This document shows, one piece after another, positions 58,729 to 64,000 of a stretch of 64,000 bases of DNA (positions within the stretch are counted from its first letter, which is position 1; each line of letters opens with the position of its first letter). Origin of the DNA: Acholeplasma brassicae (GTDB lineage Bacteria > Bacillota_I > Bacilli_A > Acholeplasmatales > UBA5453); assembly GCF_000967915.1 (NCBI RefSeq), contig NC_022549.1, positions 531,522-595,521 of the forward strand, written 5' to 3'. Under the pieces are notes generated by a model. That model made no database searches, was not told the DNA's origin, and saw only the letters and a program-made list of their open reading frames with translations. A program made the position numbers and the translations under genes.

Positions 58729-61722
58729 ATGAAAGATAATGAAAAAAGGTTTGAAGAGGATATAGAGTCTCATTTGATCAATCATGAGTATAGAAAACTG
58801 TCTATGCAAGGCTATGATGTATCAAAAGGTATTTATCTAGATATCCTTGTAGAGTTTATCAAAAAGACTCAAAGTAAATCATGGGAACGATATGAAAAAT
58901 ATTATGGTGATGAAGCACCTAATAAACTATATCGTAGACTAGAAGATTCTATTAGTCATCACGGGCTTCTTCATGTATTAAGAAATGGCATAAAAGATAT
59001 GGGGATAGACCTTTTTATCTGTTTCTTTAAACCTGAATCAGAGTTGAATCCAACTTTAGTTGAACGTTATGAAGGTAACATATTAGGTGTAACAAGACAA
59101 TTTGCATATTCACCTTTCAATAACAATACGATTGATATGGTCCTATCCATTAATGGTATTCCTTTTATTGCAATCGAGCTGAAAAACCAACTAAAGGGAC
59201 AAGATTATCGAAATGCCATGCATCAATGGCGTTACAATCGTGATCCAAAAGAACTGATATTCAGATTCAATCATAGAATATTGGTTTATTTTGCTGTAGA
59301 CCTATATGAAACATGGATGACGACAGAACTTAAAGGTACTGATACACATTTCTTACCTTTCAATCAAGGATCTAATGGTTCTGGTGTCAGTGGTGGCGCT
59401 GGTAATCCGCAAAACCCTTATGGTTATACCACATCATATCTTTGGGAAGATATATTGTCAAAAGCCTCTATTATAGATATACTTCATCGTTTTATTTCTA
59501 ACCCTAAGGATTCTAAAAAAATTATATTTCCTAGATATCATCAGTATGATGTCGTTAAGAAAGTATTAGCGGATGTTAAAGATAATGGTGTTGGTCAAAA
59601 GTATTTAATTGAGCATAGTGCAGGTTCTGGTAAATCAAATTCTATCGCTTGGATTGCATATAGATTGGCATCTGTCCATGATATAGATGATAAACCAATA
59701 TTTGATTCAGTTATCATTGTTACTGACCGTGTAGTACTTGATTCACAACTACAAGATACGATTAACGGCTTTGAACATAGAGCCGGATTAGTTGAAGCAA
59801 TTGATGATAAAAAGCGTTCAAGAGGCCTTACGGAAGCAATTAACGATAAGAAACGTATTATTATTTGTACCATTCAAAAATTCTTGTTTGCCTATAAAGA
59901 TTTCGATGAAATGGAAGGTAGAAAGTTTGCGATTATCGTGGATGAAGCGCATCAAGGTCAAACTGGTGCAAGTGCTAAGACCTTAAGAAGAGCACTGATT
60001 GATAAGAAAGTTGCAATTAAAGAGTATGCAGAGATGGAAGGTATTGAAGAAGATGAAGTTGACGATACGGATGAACTTGTTGCAGAAGTATTAGCCCAAG
60101 GACAACACAGTAATCAATCTTTCTTTGCATTCACTGCAACGCCTAAAAATAAGACAATTGAACTTTTTGGCAGAAGAAATCCATCCACTGGCAAATATGA
60201 ACCATTTCATGTCTACTCGATGAGACAAGCCATTGAAGAAGGATTTATTTTAGATGTACTCAAATACTATACAACCCTTCAAGATCAATTTAAGATAGTT
60301 AGAACCACAAGGGATAATCCTGAGGTCATAGAAGGACAAGCTAAGAGAGTCTTAGTTCGCTATTATAAAGAACATGGGTTTACCATTCACAAGAAAACCG
60401 AACTTATAATGGATAACTTCTTAAATAATGGTCAATTTAGAATTGATGGTAAGGCAAAGGCTATGGTAATTGCAGATTCTAGACCAAATGCAGTCAGATA
60501 CTATCAGGCTATTCAAGAATACATAAGAAACAATCCAGAGATAACTTCAAAGATTGGTGTTTTAGTTGCGTTTTCTGGAGAGGTTAAGCTAGATGGTAAA
60601 TCATATAGAGAAGCTGAGATGAATATCGATAGTGACGGCCATTTAATTAACTCAGATAAGAAACTTAGAAAAGCATTTAGAAGTGATAAATTCAATATTT
60701 TAGTGGTTGCAAATAAATATCAAACAGGATTTGATGAACCGTTACTACATTCCATGTATGTTGATAAAAAACTTCATGGTGTGAATGCTGTTCAAACGCT
60801 TTCTAGATTGAATCGCGTATATCCAGGTAAAGTAGACACTTTTGTCATGGATTTTGTAAACACGCATGAAGACATGAAAAAGTCATTCCAACCATTCTTT
60901 GAAACAACCTATTTAGATGGCCAAACAGATTATAATCGTGTCTATGATTTAAGAACTAAGATACACAGTTATATGCTATATAACGATCAAGATGTGGATC
61001 TTTTTGCCAAAATCAAAATAGATGCAGCAAAGAAACAAGACGATAAAGCACTTGGTCGTGTAACAAGTATACTAAAACCTGTCACAGATCAGTATCTTGA
61101 GTTGGATGAGAAGCAAAAATATGAATATAGGGATCTATTAAGAAAATTCAATCATGCCTATTCATATATCACCCAAATCGTAAGAATTAATGATAAAGAA
61201 CTATTTAAAGAGTTTATGTTCATTTCTTATCTAATCAATCTATTACCTAAAGATACTGCAGAAAAAATTAGTATTGATGACAAGATTAATCTAGAGTTTG
61301 CCAAACTTAAAGAGACATATAAAGGAAGCATAGAACTAGAAAAAACATCAGTTGATTTAAAACCTGAGCAATCAGTAGATGCAAAAAGAAAACCTAAATC
61401 TAAAGACACTCTTCAAAGTATCATTGATAAGGTTAATGAGCAATATATGGGACAATTCACTGATAGTGATAAAGTCATTATTTCTGGTATTTTTGAGATG
61501 TTTATGAATGATCCAGAAGTTAAAAAATATGCTCAATATGCCAAAGAAAATAATCCAGAAATGTTCATTAAGAGTTTATTCCCTGATAAATTCAAGGATA
61601 TAGCCTTAAGATTATTTACAGAAAATCACGAGTCATTTGAAAAATTATTTACAGACACATCCTTTTACGAAAGAGTAATGGATGCAATGGCTAAAGAATT
61701 GTACAAGAAATTAAGAAAGTAG
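58729..61722 (+). CDS. hsdR: Type I restriction enzyme endonuclease/helicase subunit
   Basis: N-terminal restriction domain and SF2 helicase motifs (EHSAGSGKS Walker A, DEAH-like IIVDEAHQG). 997 aa. Contains an in-frame 11-aa tandem duplication at about 59795–59860. Confidence 0.9.
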   Translation: MKDNEKRFEEDIESHLINHEYRKLSMQGYDVSKGIYLDILVEFIKKTQSKSWERYEKYYGDEAPNKLYRRLEDSISHHGLLHVLRNGIKDMGIDLFICFFKPESELNPTLVERYEGNILGVTRQFAYSPFNNNTIDMVLSINGIPFIAIELKNQLKGQDYRNAMHQWRYNRDPKELIFRFNHRILVYFAVDLYETWMTTELKGTDTHFLPFNQGSNGSGVSGGAGNPQNPYGYTTSYLWEDILSKASIIDILHRFISNPKDSKKIIFPRYHQYDVVKKVLADVKDNGVGQKYLIEHSAGSGKSNSIAWIAYRLASVHDIDDKPIFDSVIIVTDRVVLDSQLQDTINGFEHRAGLVEAIDDKKRSRGLTEAINDKKRIIICTIQKFLFAYKDFDEMEGRKFAIIVDEAHQGQTGASAKTLRRALIDKKVAIKEYAEMEGIEEDEVDDTDELVAEVLAQGQHSNQSFFAFTATPKNKTIELFGRRNPSTGKYEPFHVYSMRQAIEEGFILDVLKYYTTLQDQFKIVRTTRDNPEVIEGQAKRVLVRYYKEHGFTIHKKTELIMDNFLNNGQFRIDGKAKAMVIADSRPNAVRYYQAIQEYIRNNPEITSKIGVLVAFSGEVKLDGKSYREAEMNIDSDGHLINSDKKLRKAFRSDKFNILVVANKYQTGFDEPLLHSMYVDKKLHGVNAVQTLSRLNRVYPGKVDTFVMDFVNTHEDMKKSFQPFFETTYLDGQTDYNRVYDLRTKIHSYMLYNDQDVDLFAKIKIDAAKKQDDKALGRVTSILKPVTDQYLELDEKQKYEYRDLLRKFNHAYSYITQIVRINDKELFKEFMFISYLINLLPKDTAEKISIDDKINLEFAKLKETYKGSIELEKTSVDLKPEQSVDAKRKPKSKDTLQSIIDKVNEQYMGQFTDSDKVIISGIFEMFMNDPEVKKYAQYAKENNPEMFIKSLFPDKFKDIALRLFTENHESFEKLFTDTSFYERVMDAMAKELYKKLRK

Positions 61723-62075
61723 TAGTAACGGCGATTAATTCTGTAAAGAATCAATAGCTTTTTATATAAGTTTATAAATTTATATTGTAGTTATGAGAAA
61801 GGCTACTTGTTGTTATTATCGAGCATTAGGCACGAAGAGTATAAATCTTTCTTATACTAAAATAAGCTCTTCAAAATAGATTATAGTAACCACAGTTTAT
61901 TTTAATTGACTATAAAGTATCAAGAAGCAGTTGATATCATTAATGAAGAATAAGACGAAATGTGAATATCAAATATTACTAATTTAAATTTTAGTATAAT
62001 CTAATTAGATGATATAATTAAGATAAATTCAATGGTTTCTGTATTTTATTAATTATTAAAGAATGGAAGATAGTC

Positions 62076-63578
62076 ATGGCAAGTATACCAATAGCTCATC
62101 ATACAATTGAGAAAAAGCATATGGATGTTTATGAATATGAAAAGTATTTAAGAAAGTATCCTCACCGAAGAAGCATTAATGCGATTAAATGTATCGAATG
62201 TGGGGATTTTTTGATATATTGCAAAGGCGATTATAATGTTCCATATTTTAAACATTCGCCATCGGAAAAGAAGCACATTTCTTGTTCTTTATATACAGAA
62301 GGAAAAGAATCGAAAACATTTGAAGGATTGTTTCGAAAGAGATTGTTAAAAGAAGAAGACATTTCTTTTAACTACGAACTTCTTTATAAGAATGGTAGTT
62401 GGAAAAGCGTAATTACAATACCACCACTCGATCAGAAAGAAATCAAAGATAATGAAAGAAATCAAACTTTAATCACTATAATTGATGGAAATAATACTAT
62501 TAAAACCCCAATTGATAACGGGCATTTGAACCCTGGAGATATTAAAAAAATACCCCTTACAAGGCTATCAAGTACGGTTGGAATAAGGATTGATGGAAAT
62601 GGTTCTGGAAACAATATTTTATATGATATGGAAGGCTTTCGTCCGAATGAGCAGTTATATTCAAATCTTATAATTCAAAAGTATGTACCTCTATCAAACG
62701 AGAAAGAGATAGATCTGAAAAATATAGGTTCATTAGTGTGTAAAAGAATCAGTGGGAAAGTTTACACCGGAAGACACTATATAATCTTTTCAAGCAACCC
62801 AAATTTTCATTTGAAAAATAACAGGAACGGCAATATTGAGATTAAAAGACTAAATGTGAAAAGAGATAACAAGTTCAACTATTATCCATTTGATATAGTG
62901 TTTAATAATGCGAACAATGAATCAAGAGATTTTTGTTACAATCGAAAATGTATTCTGACAGAGAAAAACGATGCAGTTATACTATGGCCACCACTAAAAT
63001 CCGTTGGCAATTATCGTTTCTATCCCAAAAACAAGAAAAAAATGTTCGTTTCGTTCGAAAATGAAAATAAAACGTTAGAATTACAAGAATATAATCTACA
63101 AAAATACACAAAAATTAATCCATTCTTTATGATTAAAGATTTTTACTCGAGCTATAATTATTATTATGTTAGTCTTGATAAATCAAAAAGAGATGCTAAA
63201 AATACTTTTACAACTGAAACCGATTATCTAGATAATCTAGAATTGGATACATTCGACAAAATATTTCATTTAAAGAGAGAGTTGTTCATAGGAATATTCA
63301 ATCGAAATGATAAATTATACATGAAAAGCACACTGCTGCTCTTTAACAATCAATTAGATAGAGTGATGGGTATCAAAAATAGGACAAATGAAGATGATAA
63401 CAAACTTTTAGATGCAATAAGATACTCAAAACAATTTGTAAGATTCGATACAAGGTTTTATGAAAAACTAAAAGATAAATATTCAAAAAATAATATTATT
63501 CTAGAGTATCTCGAACATTGTAAAAGAGTTGGGACTATTAAGATAAAGGCATTTGAGATGCTTTTAGAAGAGGGGTAA
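62076..63578 (+). CDS. Hypothetical 500-aa protein with an N-terminal Cys/His zinc-finger-like motif, in an AT-rich segment distal to hsdR
   Basis: CIECGDFLIYCKGDYNVPYFKHSPSEKKHISC. Preceded by a 350-bp AT-rich gap. No recognisable catalytic motifs. Confidence 0.45.
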   Translation: MASIPIAHHTIEKKHMDVYEYEKYLRKYPHRRSINAIKCIECGDFLIYCKGDYNVPYFKHSPSEKKHISCSLYTEGKESKTFEGLFRKRLLKEEDISFNYELLYKNGSWKSVITIPPLDQKEIKDNERNQTLITIIDGNNTIKTPIDNGHLNPGDIKKIPLTRLSSTVGIRIDGNGSGNNILYDMEGFRPNEQLYSNLIIQKYVPLSNEKEIDLKNIGSLVCKRISGKVYTGRHYIIFSSNPNFHLKNNRNGNIEIKRLNVKRDNKFNYYPFDIVFNNANNESRDFCYNRKCILTEKNDAVILWPPLKSVGNYRFYPKNKKKMFVSFENENKTLELQEYNLQKYTKINPFFMIKDFYSSYNYYYVSLDKSKRDAKNTFTTETDYLDNLELDTFDKIFHLKRELFIGIFNRNDKLYMKSTLLLFNNQLDRVMGIKNRTNEDDNKLLDAIRYSKQFVRFDTRFYEKLKDKYSKNNIILEYLEHCKRVGTIKIKAFEMLLEEG

Positions 63579-63581
63579 CAC

Positions 63582-64000
63582 ATGAATATATTAGACCTAA
63601 GTGATGACGACTTAAAACTTTTTTTAGAAGAAGGTATACCAGAAAACATTCATAGAGACTTATACGTCCACAACAACAAGTTTGCTCAAAAGATAAAGGG
63701 ATTTAGACCATCTAAGGCACCTATTGCAAAGCTATCTAGTACATCATTCAACTTGATAAGAAAAGAAAAAAATAATTTTATAATTAAGTATTACACGAAT
63801 TTTTATAGCAGTTACAAGGATGATTTAGAACTAGACATAAAAAAGATGATTGATGAAGGATATCCGGATTCAGTTGCTAGTTCGATTGCTGTGAAAAGAG
63901 CATTTAGTGATAAATTTCTACCAATTTATTTTAAGTTGGAAAATATAAGTTTAGATACACAGAGTAAAATAATTCATGATTATAAAGTTTTAGTATTAAT
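63582..64000 (+). CDS. Hypothetical protein, 3' end outside the window
   Basis: Open frame from the ATG at 63582 to the window end (MNILDLSDDDLKLFLEEG…). Begins 4 nt after the upstream stop. Confidence 0.4.
   Translation, partial: MNILDLSDDDLKLFLEEGIPENIHRDLYVHNNKFAQKIKGFRPSKAPIAKLSSTSFNLIRKEKNNFIIKYYTNFYSSYKDDLELDIKKMIDEGYPDSVASSIAVKRAFSDKFLPIYFKLENISLDTQSKIIHDYKVLVL

Overview
Low-GC Firmicutes/Mollicutes-like chromosomal segment with two horizontally acquired regions set in a conserved backbone. Backbone: a beta-glucan utilisation pair (GH3 fragment plus a 1091-aa glycoside hydrolase/phosphorylase), rlmD, flotillin, OsmC, two Nudix genes, ytqA/ytqB, polC, T-box–pheST, rlmN, rsgA, rpe, thiamine pyrophosphokinase, rpmB, yloV and tRNA-Leu(GAG). 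Region 1 (about 5.85–27.7 kb) begins exactly at the 3' end of rlmD. It is bounded and subdivided by four direct, degenerate copies of the rlmD 3' end plus terminator, with a fifth partial junction copy. This looks like tandem accretion of integrative elements, reminiscent of SCC arrays at rlmH/orfX. Its segments carry a copper module (csoR, copZ, copA, copB, lgt, a two-component system, identical CsoR operators), a cadmium module (cadC, HMA, cadA, a Cys-rich protein) next to two 5'-truncated head-to-head large serine recombinase pseudogenes, an abiEi–abiEii–S66 peptidase operon, and a Fic gene. Region 2 (about 52.9–64 kb) lies immediately downstream of tRNA-Leu. It contains a complete Type I R-M system (hsdM, hsdS, hsdR) with a small 4-TM protein wedged between hsdS and hsdR. 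Upstream of that system is an HsdM/HsdS-fusion-like protein with a non-canonical motif IV, translationally coupled to an unknown 173-aa protein. Downstream are AT-rich unknown genes, including a 500-aa zinc-finger-like protein. The candidate undescribed systems are the M·S-fusion plus 173-aa pair, the hsdR-distal cassette, and the abiE–S66 trio.
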